Positions 45,464-56,767 of a stretch of DNA of 64,000 bases are shown piece by piece. The notes under the pieces were generated by a model. The model saw only the letters and a program-made list of their open reading frames with translations, ran no database searches and was not told the DNA's origin. Within the stretch, counting starts at the first letter, position 1. Every line of letters begins with the position of its first letter. Both the position numbers and the translations under genes were made by a program. This DNA comes from a virus, in the IMG/VR virus record IMGVR_UViG_3300046318_000188, positions 32,001 to 96,000 of that record, one strand, 5' to 3'.

Positions 45464-46594
45464 ATGTTTACAAAGAGCAAAATAAGCCAATCAATGATTG
45501 ATGCTGTTAATAAAGTTTTAGAACACAACCAACCAGAACCTGAGCCGATTCCTAAGACTCCGGCAGAAGGTGGTAGAGTACCTTGGGTACCCAACACTAC
45601 TACATTGACAGAATCTTCAGAGAAAGTAACCACACCTACAGGAATGAAAGTATATGGTTCTTCTTATGGTAACTCCGCTAAAGCTCGTAAAGACCAAACT
45701 AAGTCTGCTGTTGATACACTCAAAGGTCCAAAAGACAAAGAGATGAAAGAAGAACTCAAAGGTGACCAAGATAAGATTGATGCTAATCACAATGGTAAAA
45801 TCGATGGCCAAGACTTTGATATTCTCCGTAAAAAGAAAAAAGTCAAAGAAGATATGCACTTTGCAAATAAACTTTTAGAAACAGTCCGTAAGTCTGATGT
45901 TCCTGCTTATCTCCGTAAAGCAAAAGGCGACACACCATTGACTGTTGCTGATGTTAAAGGTCCTAAGAAAGATTCAATCTCTGCTCCTGAGAACCTTGCA
46001 AAGAATCGCAATGAATGGAAAGAAGATACAGATTACAGCGAAGAACAACTTGACGAAATGTTAAATGAAGTTCTTGGTAAAGATGCTACTGCTGGTGATT
46101 GGATTCATGACTTTGTTCATTCAGACAATCCTAAGTTTGCTGGTAAATCTAAAGCAGAACGTAAGAAGATGGCTCTTGGTGCTTATTATGGTAAACAGAA
46201 TGAAGCAACCAATTATGAGCCAAGCGATGCAGCAGTTACAACAGATACATTAGCTGGTCGTATGGCTGGTGGTAAAATGAATTCATTTAAGTCTTACAAA
46301 TTAAGAGTTAAGCCTTTAGATAAAGAAGGTGAACCTAAACCAGGTGATGATACTCCTAAGACTATTCAACCACAAGATACTCCTGCAAGACGTTCACATG
46401 AAGTTAAAGAAGCGACTATTGCTGGTACTCCAGGTTGGAAAAAAATACCAAAAGAGGTTAAAGACAAATCTGGTGCAGTTCACACTCCAATGTCCCGTGC
46501 AAGAGATTTGGCTCGCTCTGCTTTCAAAAAAATCAAGAATGAAACAATGATGGGTAAAGCAGGTACTACATCTGAGAGCAAAAAGAAATGTTAA
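45464..46594 (+). CDS. Probable internal virion protein
   Basis: Many (L/V/M)xE sites; EF-hand-like 'DANHNGKIDGQD'. Confidence 0.55.
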   Translation: MFTKSKISQSMIDAVNKVLEHNQPEPEPIPKTPAEGGRVPWVPNTTTLTESSEKVTTPTGMKVYGSSYGNSAKARKDQTKSAVDTLKGPKDKEMKEELKGDQDKIDANHNGKIDGQDFDILRKKKKVKEDMHFANKLLETVRKSDVPAYLRKAKGDTPLTVADVKGPKKDSISAPENLAKNRNEWKEDTDYSEEQLDEMLNEVLGKDATAGDWIHDFVHSDNPKFAGKSKAERKKMALGAYYGKQNEATNYEPSDAAVTTDTLAGRMAGGKMNSFKSYKLRVKPLDKEGEPKPGDDTPKTIQPQDTPARRSHEVKEATIAGTPGWKKIPKEVKDKSGAVHTPMSRARDLARSAFKKIKNETMMGKAGTTSESKKKC

Positions 46595-48063
46595 AAAAAT
46601 TAAAAGCCGTTGTTAAGCAAAATCCAGAACCTGCAAGAGGTAAAGTGGGTACAAGTCCTATGGATCCTTGGGAAGCCAAATCAGGTATTGCTGAAGCTTC
46701 CGAAGAACAATTGTTACGTCAATATTTAAAGTCCCGTGGTATTAATCCAGAATTTGTTCCGGTAGACACCAAAATTTCACATTCAAAATCTGGCGAATAT
46801 CTAAAATGGCGTAGAGACCATCAATTCCGTGAATCATTAACTACTCAGCATACTCCATTTGAAAAAAGACAACACCTTCTCAAAAAAGCAGTACATATGA
46901 ATAAGGTTGCGAGCTCTGATGTTTCTTCTGGTGGTTTACATAAAGAAGAAATTGAAATCTTGGAAGCCGTTGATAAAGAAGATACTTTAACATTTGATAT
47001 TCCTTTAATGATCCGTATGCTAGAATTGGCAAGAGAAGATGTCAAAGATGATATGGAATTACACCGTATTACTGAAAGATTAATTTCTATTCGTAATAAA
47101 GGTATTTTGACAATGGATGATTATGAGTTCATTGCTGGTATCAAAAAACTCAAAGAAGAAATTGAAGAACTCACTGAGAAAAAAGACCCATGTTGGAAGG
47201 GTTATCAGATGGTTGGTATGAAAGACAAAGGCGGTAAGAAAGTTCCTAATTGTGTACCAGAAGAAAAAGAATTGGAAGAAGGCCGCATGAAAGATATTGC
47301 GACTAATGCTGATGAAACTAAACGTCTTAACAAGATGACAACACTTCAGAAATTCCGTACTGATGCTGCTGCTCGTGAAAAGAAACACGCCGATATTGCT
47401 AAAAATTCTGATGGTATGACTTCTGCTATTGACCGCTTAGAGAAGCATATGAACAAAGAAGAAGTTGAACAGATTGATGAAATCTCAAATACAACACTAT
47501 CTTCTTACAAAGATAAAGCAAGAACAAGTCTTAAAACTGCACAAACAAATCGTGATGCCGCTGAATCAGGTAAAGATATGTCAAAAGGTTTTGCAGACCT
47601 ACACACAAAATCGAATGCCATTGCAAAAAAACGTGTTAAGGGACTAATGGGTTATATGCAACGCAAACAAGGCATGAAACCTACCAGTGAAAACTCTTTG
47701 GATCCACAAGCATCAACACAAGCAGCTACAGGTCCAGGTGAATGTGATGATTCAACAGAAATGCAAAAACAAAGATCCAAGTCTGCTCGTATGATTAAGA
47801 GCCTCTACAAAAGTAAGAATATGAAAGAGGAAACTTACGATTGGGAAAAAGACGATAAAGCACAGTTGTATGGTAAGAAACCAAAGATTAAAGAACCAGG
47901 TGATGCGTCCAATATGGACCAACAGAAACCCGATGCCCGTATCGTGATGTCTGGCGGTACAACATTAACTGGTGAAAAAAGAGATGAAGTCATGGTTGAT
48001 CCATTGATGAAGAATGCCAAACCCGGAAGTCAGACGGTATTCGATAAGCCAAGTAAAAAATAA
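46588..48063 (+). CDS. Probable internal virion protein
   Basis: Repeated xEE sites; 'PCWKGY..VGMK.KGGK.VPNCVP' module. Confidence 0.55.
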   Translation: MLKKLKAVVKQNPEPARGKVGTSPMDPWEAKSGIAEASEEQLLRQYLKSRGINPEFVPVDTKISHSKSGEYLKWRRDHQFRESLTTQHTPFEKRQHLLKKAVHMNKVASSDVSSGGLHKEEIEILEAVDKEDTLTFDIPLMIRMLELAREDVKDDMELHRITERLISIRNKGILTMDDYEFIAGIKKLKEEIEELTEKKDPCWKGYQMVGMKDKGGKKVPNCVPEEKELEEGRMKDIATNADETKRLNKMTTLQKFRTDAAAREKKHADIAKNSDGMTSAIDRLEKHMNKEEVEQIDEISNTTLSSYKDKARTSLKTAQTNRDAAESGKDMSKGFADLHTKSNAIAKKRVKGLMGYMQRKQGMKPTSENSLDPQASTQAATGPGECDDSTEMQKQRSKSARMIKSLYKSKNMKEETYDWEKDDKAQLYGKKPKIKEPGDASNMDQQKPDARIVMSGGTTLTGEKRDEVMVDPLMKNAKPGSQTVFDKPSKK

Positions 48064-48104
48064 GATAAATAAGTAACATAACCCGAGGTTAAAAGGAGAA
48101 AAAG

Positions 48105-48776
48105 ATGCCATCATGGGGAAATAAAGACGCAGCCGCAAATGCACCATATTGGGCTGTTAATTCAACAATCGTTAATGCAACGAATGTAAAAGCTAACTAT
48201 GCCGGACCAACTGCAGCTAACGTAGCACGTTTGTATGCAAATACTACTGCTGATGTTTATACTGTTGGTGAAACAATCGGTTTGTTTGCCGTTGATACAC
48301 AAGAAGCCTCAGTAAGAGGAACAACTGGTTCTGGTTGGGTTTTAAAGACTACTGGTTCGGGTGGTCGTGCTGGCCGTGTTCAAGAAGAACTATTAGTTGC
48401 AATTTCTTCTTTCGTTAACGGTGACGGTGATGCACAAACTTATGCTAACGTTGCTATCACATTGGATGCATTAGGTTCTAAGTCTGTTGTTGCTGGTGGT
48501 GGAAACACTGCAATCTTCACAGAAACAGTAACCTTAACTGGTAATACATCTGCTGCCTTGGCTTACCAATGGCAAGTTAATAACGCTGGTACATGGGGTA
48601 ACGTTGCTAATGGCACACCTGCCAATACAACATATGCTGGTGCAACAACATCTGCATTGACAATTACACCAACTTATACAGATGCTAATGGATACAAGTA
48701 TCGTGTAATCGTAACTGCTGCTGACCAAGGCGTAACTGCAACATCAGCTAACGGTACATTGACTGTTACAATTTAA
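48105..48776 (+). CDS. Virion structural protein with Ig-like domain
   Basis: 'YQWQ...GATTSALTI...GYKYRVIV'; GATAAATA upstream. Confidence 0.7.
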   Translation: MPSWGNKDAAANAPYWAVNSTIVNATNVKANYAGPTAANVARLYANTTADVYTVGETIGLFAVDTQEASVRGTTGSGWVLKTTGSGGRAGRVQEELLVAISSFVNGDGDAQTYANVAITLDALGSKSVVAGGGNTAIFTETVTLTGNTSAALAYQWQVNNAGTWGNVANGTPANTTYAGATTSALTITPTYTDANGYKYRVIVTAADQGVTATSANGTLTVTI

Positions 48777-48779
48777 TAG

Positions 48780-49139
48780 ATGTTAAGTTTTAAGCAATTT
48801 TTCTCTGAGGAAAACGGGGGTTTAGATATCCCCGTTGTTTCTTTGGAAGAAAATGTCAAAGACAAAATTGACCTAATTAATGACCAGTTAGACCAAAGAT
48901 TGAATGAATGTGTAGTAAACCCATATATTGGATGGGTTAATGCTTCAAAGACACTATCAGAACATGGTATCACTTTACCAAAAGTAATGATGAAAGATGT
49001 AATGGAAGGTGTTGAAGTTGTAGCTTTAAATGAAGATTATTATTTTTATTATGAATATGGTTTTGTAAATGAAGGTTATCAAACATTTGCATCGATTGTT
49101 AACGAAACTGATTTAGAGAAGCTACTAGAAGAAGAATAA
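48780..49139 (+). CDS. Hypothetical protein with capsid-targeting-like N-terminus
   Basis: MLSFKQFFSEE. Confidence 0.6.
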   Translation: MLSFKQFFSEENGGLDIPVVSLEENVKDKIDLINDQLDQRLNECVVNPYIGWVNASKTLSEHGITLPKVMMKDVMEGVEVVALNEDYYFYYEYGFVNEGYQTFASIVNETDLEKLLEEE

Positions 49140-49146
49140 TATTATA

Positions 49147-49533
49147 ATGTTTGATGATTTAAATGATGAAAATTTTATGATGTATGCAATGAAGTGCTAT
49201 AATTCACCAAATTGTATTATGTCTGAGTTTGAAGGAGATATTAAGAGAACCAAATACCTAAAACGATTATTTCGTAGATACAAGGTTTCCAAATCTCTTA
49301 AAGAAAGATTGATATTAAATCATATCATTCTATTGAATAATGTTTTTGGGCCAGAAGTAACATCAAGAATATTATTTTATAGAATTGATGAACGAGATTA
49401 TGATATATTAAAAACATTTTTATTATATTTAAATTTGATGCCAGATATGGTTTATGGTATCAACGGTAATAATATAAGAACCTCGGAGATTCCGGTGGAT
49501 ATGAATATAGCAGAGATATTAAGGAAAATATAA
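49147..49533 (+). CDS. Conserved T4-like phage protein
   Basis: 'EFEGDIKR.KYLKRL', 'ERLILNHII.L.NVFG'. Confidence 0.75.
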   Translation: MFDDLNDENFMMYAMKCYNSPNCIMSEFEGDIKRTKYLKRLFRRYKVSKSLKERLILNHIILLNNVFGPEVTSRILFYRIDERDYDILKTFLLYLNLMPDMVYGINGNNIRTSEIPVDMNIAEILRKI

Positions 49534-50078
49534 TGAGTTATTTAGATACAGCTGGTTGCCATAGAGCATTTGAACACGGTTTAGATAAGATTGCAGAAAC
49601 CGCTCCAACAGAAGGTTGTTTTGTTGAAGTTGGAATTTATACAGGTGGCAGCGCATCACATTTAACAAAAATAGCTGAGAGTAGAAACCAAAAGATTTTT
49701 TTATATGATACATTTAGTGGTTTGCCATACAAAGATGCATCTGATAGACATCACGTTGGCGAATTTAATTATTCCGATTATGATTTTATAAAAAATGCTT
49801 TACCTTATGCTGAAGTTATTAAAGGAATATTTCCTGAGAGTGCTGTTGAAATGCCTTCAGTAGCATTTGCTCACTTGGATGTGGATCAATACAAATCATA
49901 TTATGATTGCATTACATATTTAAGACCAAAAATGGTACCTGGTGGAATTATGTTTTTTGATGATTATGAATTAGCTGGTGCCAAAAAGGCAATAGATGAA
50001 TTAATCGGCGAAGAAAATTTAAAGTTTGTTACCTTTGATTGGGCACCAGACGTAAGAAAAGTTTACACGATATTTTAA
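49533..50078 (+). CDS. TylF/MycF-like O-methyltransferase
   Basis: 'VEVGIYTGGS', 'DTFSGLP', 'HLDVD.Y', 'FDDY'. Confidence 0.8.
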   Translation: MSYLDTAGCHRAFEHGLDKIAETAPTEGCFVEVGIYTGGSASHLTKIAESRNQKIFLYDTFSGLPYKDASDRHHVGEFNYSDYDFIKNALPYAEVIKGIFPESAVEMPSVAFAHLDVDQYKSYYDCITYLRPKMVPGGIMFFDDYELAGAKKAIDELIGEENLKFVTFDWAPDVRKVYTIF

Positions 50079-50080
50079 AA

Positions 50081-50563
50081 ATGTTATCATTTAAACAATA
50101 CCTAGAAGAAAATTGCTGTTGTGTTACGGCTCTAGAAAAGGGCTTAAAGCAATTGGATAATCACAATTACGAATCAATTAATAAATTGATGATGAATATA
50201 TCCAAAAAAGGTAATACTACTGGTAAAGATTTACATGATGATTTCGTATCTAAACACGGTAAAACTCCTGATGAGTGGATTAAAGAACAGATAGAAGAAT
50301 CAGCTGCTTGGCAAAGAAAAGCAGGTAAAGATCCTAAAGGTGGATTAAACCGTAAAGGTATTGCTTCATATCGCAGAGAAAATCCAGGTTCTAAATTATC
50401 AATGGCGGTCACAACACCACCATCTAAATTGGATCCAGACAGTAAAGCAGCAAAACGCAGAAAATCATTTTGTGCTCGCATGGGTGGTATGGAAGGCCCA
50501 ATGAAGAAGCCAAATGGTGAACCAACTCGTAAAGCACTAGCACTAAGAAAGTGGAACTGTTAA
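50081..50563 (+). CDS. Conserved phage protein, probable internal head protein
   Basis: MLSFKQYLEE; 'AAWQRKAGKDPKGGLN...RRKSFCARM...ALRKWNC'. Confidence 0.7.
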   Translation: MLSFKQYLEENCCCVTALEKGLKQLDNHNYESINKLMMNISKKGNTTGKDLHDDFVSKHGKTPDEWIKEQIEESAAWQRKAGKDPKGGLNRKGIASYRRENPGSKLSMAVTTPPSKLDPDSKAAKRRKSFCARMGGMEGPMKKPNGEPTRKALALRKWNC

Positions 50564-50751
50564 TGAAAACCTTTAAAGAATACATCAATGAAGATGGTGA
50601 AGGTGGTGCTGTTGCTGCACCAACCAATGTTGTCGGTTCTGGAGCAATTGCTGGAACGGGTGGCAAAGGCGGCGAACCTGGTGTCAACTTGAAAAAGAAA
50701 AAGAATCCTGTTATTATTTCAATGACAAGAAGAAGTAGTCCTAAGTTTTAA
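50563..50751 (+). CDS. Small Gly-rich protein with capsid-targeting-like N-terminus
   Basis: MKTFKEYINED. Confidence 0.6.
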   Translation: MKTFKEYINEDGEGGAVAAPTNVVGSGAIAGTGGKGGEPGVNLKKKKNPVIISMTRRSSPKF

Positions 50752-50763
50752 TAGGATAAAATT

Positions 50764-51204
50764 ATGTGGATGCTAAATTTTCTACCTGATGCGTTCTTTC
50801 ATATACTTCTTGGTGTAAGTATAATAACATTTCTCGTCAGTACACTTTTTAGTAATATTCCTTTCCTTGGTGGTTATACAAAGTTAGTACAGATTATATC
50901 AATAGTTATTCTTGTATTCTCTGTGTGGATGGAAGGTGGCATTGCTAAAGATAATGAATACAAAGAAAAGATTAAAGCATTACAACAACAGATTGATAAA
51001 GCTAAAGTTGAATCTGATTCCTTGAATAATAAACTTTTCGAAGAAATGTTAAAACATCAAGAAGAAATTAAATCAATTAAAGATATCAATAAACTTAAAT
51101 TAAAAGACCAAGCAAGTTTATTGGATTCACAATGTAAAGTGAATCAAGATGTTATTAATATTTTAAATGATTCAGCACGCAACCGTAACGGAAGCAAAAA
51201 ATGA
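50764..51204 (+). CDS. Inner-membrane spanin (Rz-like)
   Basis: N-terminal TMs plus coiled coil, followed by lipoprotein. Confidence 0.65.
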   Translation: MWMLNFLPDAFFHILLGVSIITFLVSTLFSNIPFLGGYTKLVQIISIVILVFSVWMEGGIAKDNEYKEKIKALQQQIDKAKVESDSLNNKLFEEMLKHQEEIKSIKDINKLKLKDQASLLDSQCKVNQDVINILNDSARNRNGSKK

Positions 51205-51464
51205 AAAAAATATTAATCTTAATTTGTACAGTTGGTTTATTTGGATGTTCAGTTGTTCCTGTGGTACAAACTTTTCCTAAAGCAAATGATGCTTTAATGA
51301 AACCAGTACCAGAACTAAAAGAGATTCCTGATAATTCTTCAGCAAGCGAAGTGTTCGGCGTAGTAATTGAGAACTATGCAACATACAATCAAATTGCTGA
51401 CCAATTAAAGTCTTGGCAAAAGTGGTATACTGAACAAAAAAAGTTATTTGAGTCTGTAAAGTAA
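51201..51464 (+). CDS. Outer-membrane spanin lipoprotein (Rz1-like)
   Basis: Lipobox LFGC; Pro-rich segment. Confidence 0.7.
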   Translation: MKKILILICTVGLFGCSVVPVVQTFPKANDALMKPVPELKEIPDNSSASEVFGVVIENYATYNQIADQLKSWQKWYTEQKKLFESVK

Positions 51465-51465
51465 T

Positions 51466-52080
51466 ATGAGTTTTACTATTCAGCAATTCGTTAAGATGTT
51501 GCCGGGTAATACCAATGTAAAAAGTTGGTTTAACTCTTTTGCGCTATTTTTTCCCGATGCTGAATTAGATACGATTGAACGAATTGCTGCTTTTATTGCT
51601 GAATGTTCAGTTGAATCAGCAAACTTTACAAGATTGAGGGAAAATTTAAATTATAGTGCTGAAGGATTAGTGAGAACTTGGCCAAAAAGATTTCCTAATA
51701 TAGAGTTTGCTAATCTATATGCAAGGCAACCTGAAAAGATTGCTAATTATGTTTATGCCTATCGTATGGGCAATGGTGATGAAGAAAGTGGTGACGGATG
51801 GAAGTACATCGGTAGAGGAATTATACAATTAACCGGTAAAAATAATTATCAGTTGTTTGCCGACTACATTAATAAACCTATTGAAGAAGTTTGTGATTAT
51901 TTGTTAACAACCGATGGAGCTACACAATCAGCTTGTTGGTTTTGGAAAACAAATAATTTAAATCATTACCTTGAAACGGAAGGTATTGATAAAGTTAGTA
52001 GAGTTATTAATGGTGGTGACCACGCTTTAATGGAAAGAAGAGCAGCTTATAATCAAGCACTTTACATTTTACAAAATTAA
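51466..52080 (+). CDS. Glycoside hydrolase family 19 endolysin
   Basis: 'ES..F..L.ENLNYS', 'GRGIIQLTGKNNY', 'INGG'. Confidence 0.88.
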   Translation: MSFTIQQFVKMLPGNTNVKSWFNSFALFFPDAELDTIERIAAFIAECSVESANFTRLRENLNYSAEGLVRTWPKRFPNIEFANLYARQPEKIANYVYAYRMGNGDEESGDGWKYIGRGIIQLTGKNNYQLFADYINKPIEEVCDYLLTTDGATQSACWFWKTNNLNHYLETEGIDKVSRVINGGDHALMERRAAYNQALYILQN

Positions 52081-52449
52081 ATGACTAAACATAAAACTGA
52101 ATCTTTATATTCAAATGATTGGGTTTCAAGAAATTGGCGTCCATATATGGCTTGGGCTTTCTTGGCCATATGTCTATTTGATTTTATAATTGCACCAGTT
52201 GGTTGGACAATATTACAAGGTGAATATTCTGGCCATGTGTATACACAATGGGAACCAATGACACTTAGGGGTGGTGGATTATTTTATTTGGCTATGGGTG
52301 CAATACTAGGAATCTCATCTTATGGTAGAACAAAAGAAAAGATTGCTACTTTGGGATTTGGTGTTGGGATGGAAGGTGGATTTTCAGGCGGTAGTAGATT
52401 AGAAGAAAATACTACTGAAATACAAACAATACCAACGAGAAATCGTTAA
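52081..52449 (+). CDS. Holin (3TM family)
   Basis: 'WRPYMAW...', 'LGISSYGRTKEK'. Confidence 0.75.
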   Translation: MTKHKTESLYSNDWVSRNWRPYMAWAFLAICLFDFIIAPVGWTILQGEYSGHVYTQWEPMTLRGGGLFYLAMGAILGISSYGRTKEKIATLGFGVGMEGGFSGGSRLEENTTEIQTIPTRNR

Positions 52450-52476
52450 TAATTTCATAAATAAAAGAGAATAGTA

Positions 52477-52899
52477 ATGACTGACGATGTTACAGAACTA
52501 AAAGTGGATGTTGGGGTTTTAAAGACACAAGTTGTTACTTTGACCTCTCTTTGCCAAAAAATGGATCAGGTGATTGAAAAACTTGTTATGCAACAAGAAC
52601 GATACGCCACACAAATCTACAAAGAGATAGAACAAAAAAGAATGGAAAAGAATGCCGAAATTAAAGACATTCACGACCGCATCGATACTGTAATTGACAA
52701 AGTTCAAATTACCGAATTACGCATTATGGAAGAAATCAAAGAACTTAGAGCTGAGATTGCTGAAAATAACAAGTCTGAGAAGGATTCTCTAGATAAGATT
52801 AACCAATATAAGTGGATGCTTGCCGGTGGTATTATTGTACTTTCATGGTTGATTTCTCACGTCAATACTGATACAATAACCAAGTTACTGCATGGTTAA
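52477..52899 (+). CDS. Coiled-coil protein with C-terminal TM
   Basis: Heptad pattern, terminal hydrophobic helix. Confidence 0.6.
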   Translation: MTDDVTELKVDVGVLKTQVVTLTSLCQKMDQVIEKLVMQQERYATQIYKEIEQKRMEKNAEIKDIHDRIDTVIDKVQITELRIMEEIKELRAEIAENNKSEKDSLDKINQYKWMLAGGIIVLSWLISHVNTDTITKLLHG

Positions 52900-52934
52900 T
52901 TAGTTTTTTAATTTTTGATTGGTATTATAATATT

Positions 52935-53948
52935 ATGAGTGTTTTTATTGACAGGTCTTTCCTGTTACAAGTTTCGCCTAAATTACAAAGGTTTGCTCGA
53001 AAGAAAGATGACCTTTATAATTTTCGGTGTCCGCTCTGTGGCGACTCACAGAAAAATAAAACGAAGTCCCGTGGTTATATCTTTCGCAAGAAGAATGACT
53101 ACTTTTATATGTGCCATAACTGTGGCATATCCACAACTTTCTATAATTTCTTAAAACAAGTGGATCCAAACTTGTTAAAAGAGTATCAACTTGAAAGATA
53201 TAAAAATGGTGAAACGGGGAATAACAATTATCCGAAGCCCGATTTTGAGGAATTCAAAACGGAGAAACCAATCTTCAAAAAGTCATTGGACCTTCCATCA
53301 ATCGACTCGTTACCAGAGGGGCATTTCGCTAAGAGCTATGTCGAACAGAGGAAGATTCCGGAGAACCTTTATACAGAACTATACTATGCGGAAGATTTCG
53401 CAGCGTTCATACAGAGATTGGGTATTGAAAAAGAAGGACTCCATAAGGATGATAAGAGGTTGGTTATACCGTTCTATGATGCAGAAAAGAATCTCATGGC
53501 TGTGCAAGGGCGCTCTTTGGGTGAATCGAAACTACGATATATCACATTAAAGTTACATGACGATAATAAAAAAGTTTATGGTCTTGACAGGATAGATACG
53601 GATAAGTTAGTATATGTTGTAGAAGGTCCTATTGATTCAATGTTTATTGATAATTGTGTGGCGACAGCAGACAGTAACCTAGAATCAATTACCAACGTAT
53701 TGGACAAGTCCAAGGTGGTTTTAATCTTTGACAACGAGCCTCGTAACAAAGAGATTTGTAACAAGTTGGAACACGCAATAGATAATCATTTTAATGTGGT
53801 TATTTGGCCTGAAATGGTGGATTCAAAAGACGTTAATGATATGATTCTTGATGGTTTTTCACCAGATGAAATCCAAGAATTTATAGATAAAAATACCTTC
53901 TTGAATTTGAGAGCTAAAATGGAATTTGTGAATTGGAAAAAAATATAA
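52935..53948 (+). CDS. gp61: DNA primase gp61
   Basis: CPLCGDS...CHNC zinc finger, EGPIDS, DNEPRN. Confidence 0.93.
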   Translation: MSVFIDRSFLLQVSPKLQRFARKKDDLYNFRCPLCGDSQKNKTKSRGYIFRKKNDYFYMCHNCGISTTFYNFLKQVDPNLLKEYQLERYKNGETGNNNYPKPDFEEFKTEKPIFKKSLDLPSIDSLPEGHFAKSYVEQRKIPENLYTELYYAEDFAAFIQRLGIEKEGLHKDDKRLVIPFYDAEKNLMAVQGRSLGESKLRYITLKLHDDNKKVYGLDRIDTDKLVYVVEGPIDSMFIDNCVATADSNLESITNVLDKSKVVLIFDNEPRNKEICNKLEHAIDNHFNVVIWPEMVDSKDVNDMILDGFSPDEIQEFIDKNTFLNLRAKMEFVNWKKI

Positions 53949-53949
53949 T

Positions 53950-54600
53950 ATGAAGGTAGAATTAGTATCATACAGTCAGTCGGAATCTTATTTCGCTGAG
54001 AACATGACAGAATTGATTGCGTTCTGTGCAAGAGTATCAAATCCAGGCAATCAGACGAACCACGAAACGAGCGAGAAGTTAATTCGTTACCTCATTAAGA
54101 ACCAACATTGGTCACCACTTGAAATGGTGAGCATTTGTTTAGAAATCGAAACTACTAGAGATATTGCACGACAAATATTAAGACATCGTTCCTTTTCATT
54201 CCAAGAATTCTCACAAAGATATGCGGTAGCAGATTTGGGTATCGAATTCAAAGAAGCAAGGTTACAAGATACCAAAAATCGTCAGAACAGTATTGAAGTT
54301 GATGATATCAAGTTACAAACGAATTGGGAAACACAACAAGATTATGTAGCACATGCAGCACAAAAAGCATATCGTTGGGCTATTGAAAACGGTATTGCAA
54401 AAGAACAAGCTAGAGCAGTATTGCCTGAAGGTATGACAGTATCAAAGATGTATATGAATGGAACTCTGCGGTCTTGGGTTCACTATATACAGCTCCGTAG
54501 TGAGAAAGGAACTCAAAAAGAACATCGAGAAATTGCTCTTGCCTGCGCTAAAGCGATTGAACCAATCTTCCCGATGATTACAGAATTTGTATCAAAATAA
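53950..54600 (+). CDS. thyX: Flavin-dependent thymidylate synthase
   Basis: RHRSFSFQEFSQRY. Confidence 0.95.
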   Translation: MKVELVSYSQSESYFAENMTELIAFCARVSNPGNQTNHETSEKLIRYLIKNQHWSPLEMVSICLEIETTRDIARQILRHRSFSFQEFSQRYAVADLGIEFKEARLQDTKNRQNSIEVDDIKLQTNWETQQDYVAHAAQKAYRWAIENGIAKEQARAVLPEGMTVSKMYMNGTLRSWVHYIQLRSEKGTQKEHREIALACAKAIEPIFPMITEFVSK

Positions 54601-54628
54601 TAATAACTATAACAACAAGGCATAATAT

Positions 54629-56431
54629 ATGGAATACCTCGGCATCAATATTGATTTGGAAAGAGATAAACTTTTTGATGAACTCGGCATTAAGCGATTA
54701 CAAGAATCGTATATGAAAGAAGATGAAACATCCCCACAACACAGATTTGCATTTGTATCAAAATCATTCGGAACTAATCAAGAACATGCACAAAGATTAT
54801 ATGAATACAGCAGTAAGCATTGGCTCTCTTATTCTACTCCCATTCTTTCTTTTGGTCGCTCTAAGCGTGGTATGCCTATATCATGCTTCCTTAATTATAT
54901 TGAAGATACTGCGGAAGGATTAGTTGATAATCTCTCAGAAACTAATTGGCTTTCTATGCTTGGGGGTGGTGTTGGTATTGGTTTTGGTATTCGTTCAGCA
55001 GATGATAAATCTACTGGTGTTATGCCTCACCTCAAAATCTATGATGCAAGTTCTTTGGCATATCGCCAAGGTCGTACTCGCAGGGGTAGTTATGCTGCTT
55101 ATCTCGATATTTCTCATCCAGATATTATTGGTTTCTTAGAAATGCGTAAACCAACTGGTGATCCAAACCAGCGGTGTTTAAATCTTCATCATGGTATTAA
55201 TATCACAGATGACTTCATGCACATCATTGAACAGTCAATGTTGAATCCTGATTTTGATGATTCTTGGAATCTAGTTGACCCAGCATCCAAAGAAATTCGT
55301 GAAACCGTATCTGCCAAAATGTTATGGCAGATGATTTTAGAATTGCGTATGCATACTGGTGAACCCTACATCCATTACATTGATACAAGTAATCGTGAAC
55401 TACCATCTTTCTTAAAAGAAAAGGGATTAAAGGTTCACCAATCGAATCTTTGTTCTGAAATTATTTTGCCTACAAATGAACAAAGAACAGCAGTATGTTG
55501 TTTGTCCAGTTTAAATTTGGAGACTTATGATGAGTGGAAGAATGAGCCATTATTTCTTAAAGACGTTGCCGAAATGCTTGATAATGTCCTCAATTATTTC
55601 ATTGCTAATGCTCCTGATGCTATTGCTCGTGCAAAGTATAGTGCCGAAAGAGAACGTTCTATTGGTATCGGTGCTCTTGGGTTCCATGCTTATTTGCAAC
55701 GCAACGGTATTGCTTGGGAAGGTGTTATGGCCAAAGTTGCCAATAACAGAATCTTTAAATCAATCAGGGAGGGCCTAGATGTTGCAAATATTCAATTGGG
55801 TACCGAAAGGGGTGAAGCGCCTGATGCGGCCGGTACTGGTCGTAGGTTTAGTCATCTTATGGCTATCGCTCCCAATGCTTCTTCTTCCATTATCATGGGG
55901 AATACTTCTCCTTCTGTTGAACCTTATCGTGCCAATGCTTATCGCCAGGATACTTTATCAGGCTCTTTCTTAAATAAGAACCGTTGGTTGGATGCCGTTA
56001 TTCAAAATCATTTAACCAATGAATTGAATGAAATCAATTCTGATGAGTATAATGATATCTGGTCTTCCATTATTGCTAATGATGGTTCATGCCAACATTT
56101 GGATATTCTTACTCAAGCAGAAAAAGATGTATTCAAAACATCTATGGAGATTGACCAACGTTGGGTAATTGAATTGGCTTCAGATAGACAAGCGTATATC
56201 GACCAAGCACAATCACTCAATCTATTCTTTAGACCAGATGCACACATTAAGTATATTCACGCCATTCATTTTATGGCATGGAAAAAAGGACTGAAAACAC
56301 TTTACTATTGCCGTTCTGAAAAGATTGGTAAGGCAGATAAAGTATCTAAGAAGATTGAAAGAAATGTTATCAAAGAACTGGACATGACACAGATTGCTCA
56401 AGGTAACGATTGTATTGCTTGTGAAGGTTAA
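54629..56431 (+). CDS. nrdA: Class I ribonucleotide reductase alpha subunit
   Basis: [18 protein letters not shown]-terminal CIACEG. Confidence 0.95.
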   Translation: MEYLGINIDLERDKLFDELGIKRLQESYMKEDETSPQHRFAFVSKSFGTNQEHAQRLYEYSSKHWLSYSTPILSFGRSKRGMPISCFLNYIEDTAEGLVDNLSETNWLSMLGGGVGIGFGIRSADDKSTGVMPHLKIYDASSLAYRQGRTRRGSYAAYLDISHPDIIGFLEMRKPTGDPNQRCLNLHHGINITDDFMHIIEQSMLNPDFDDSWNLVDPASKEIRETVSAKMLWQMILELRMHTGEPYIHYIDTSNRELPSFLKEKGLKVHQSNLCSEIILPTNEQRTAVCCLSSLNLETYDEWKNEPLFLKDVAEMLDNVLNYFIANAPDAIARAKYSAERERSIGIGALGFHAYLQRNGIAWEGVMAKVANNRIFKSIREGLDVANIQLGTERGEAPDAAGTGRRFSHLMAIAPNASSSIIMGNTSPSVEPYRANAYRQDTLSGSFLNKNRWLDAVIQNHLTNELNEINSDEYNDIWSSIIANDGSCQHLDILTQAEKDVFKTSMEIDQRWVIELASDRQAYIDQAQSLNLFFRPDAHIKYIHAIHFMAWKKGLKTLYYCRSEKIGKADKVSKKIERNVIKELDMTQIAQGNDCIACEG

Positions 56432-56432
56432 A

Positions 56433-56759
56433 ATGGTTAAAGTAACCGACAATGCCTTCAGTAAAATTAGAGATTTAATTGTTGAAGAACCAAATAATCA
56501 TAATTTAGCATTAAGAATGTCAGTAAAAGGTGGAGGGTGCTCAGGTTTTCAATATGAATTCACCTTTGATGACAAACAAGAAGAAGATGATTTTGTGATT
56601 GAAAAGGATTCCATTAAAGTGTTTGTTGATTCAATGTCAGCTCAATATTTAATGGAGGCCACTTTGGACTATAAAGAAGAAAAATTCAATTCACAATTCG
56701 TTATAACAAATCCAGAAGTTAAAGGTACCTGCGGATGCGGTTCCTCATTTAGTGTATAG
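56433..56759 (+). CDS. erpA: A-type Fe-S carrier ErpA/IscA
   Basis: [16 protein letters not shown]. Confidence 0.88.
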   Translation: MVKVTDNAFSKIRDLIVEEPNNHNLALRMSVKGGGCSGFQYEFTFDDKQEEDDFVIEKDSIKVFVDSMSAQYLMEATLDYKEEKFNSQFVITNPEVKGTCGCGSSFSV

Positions 56760-56767
56760 AGAGAAGA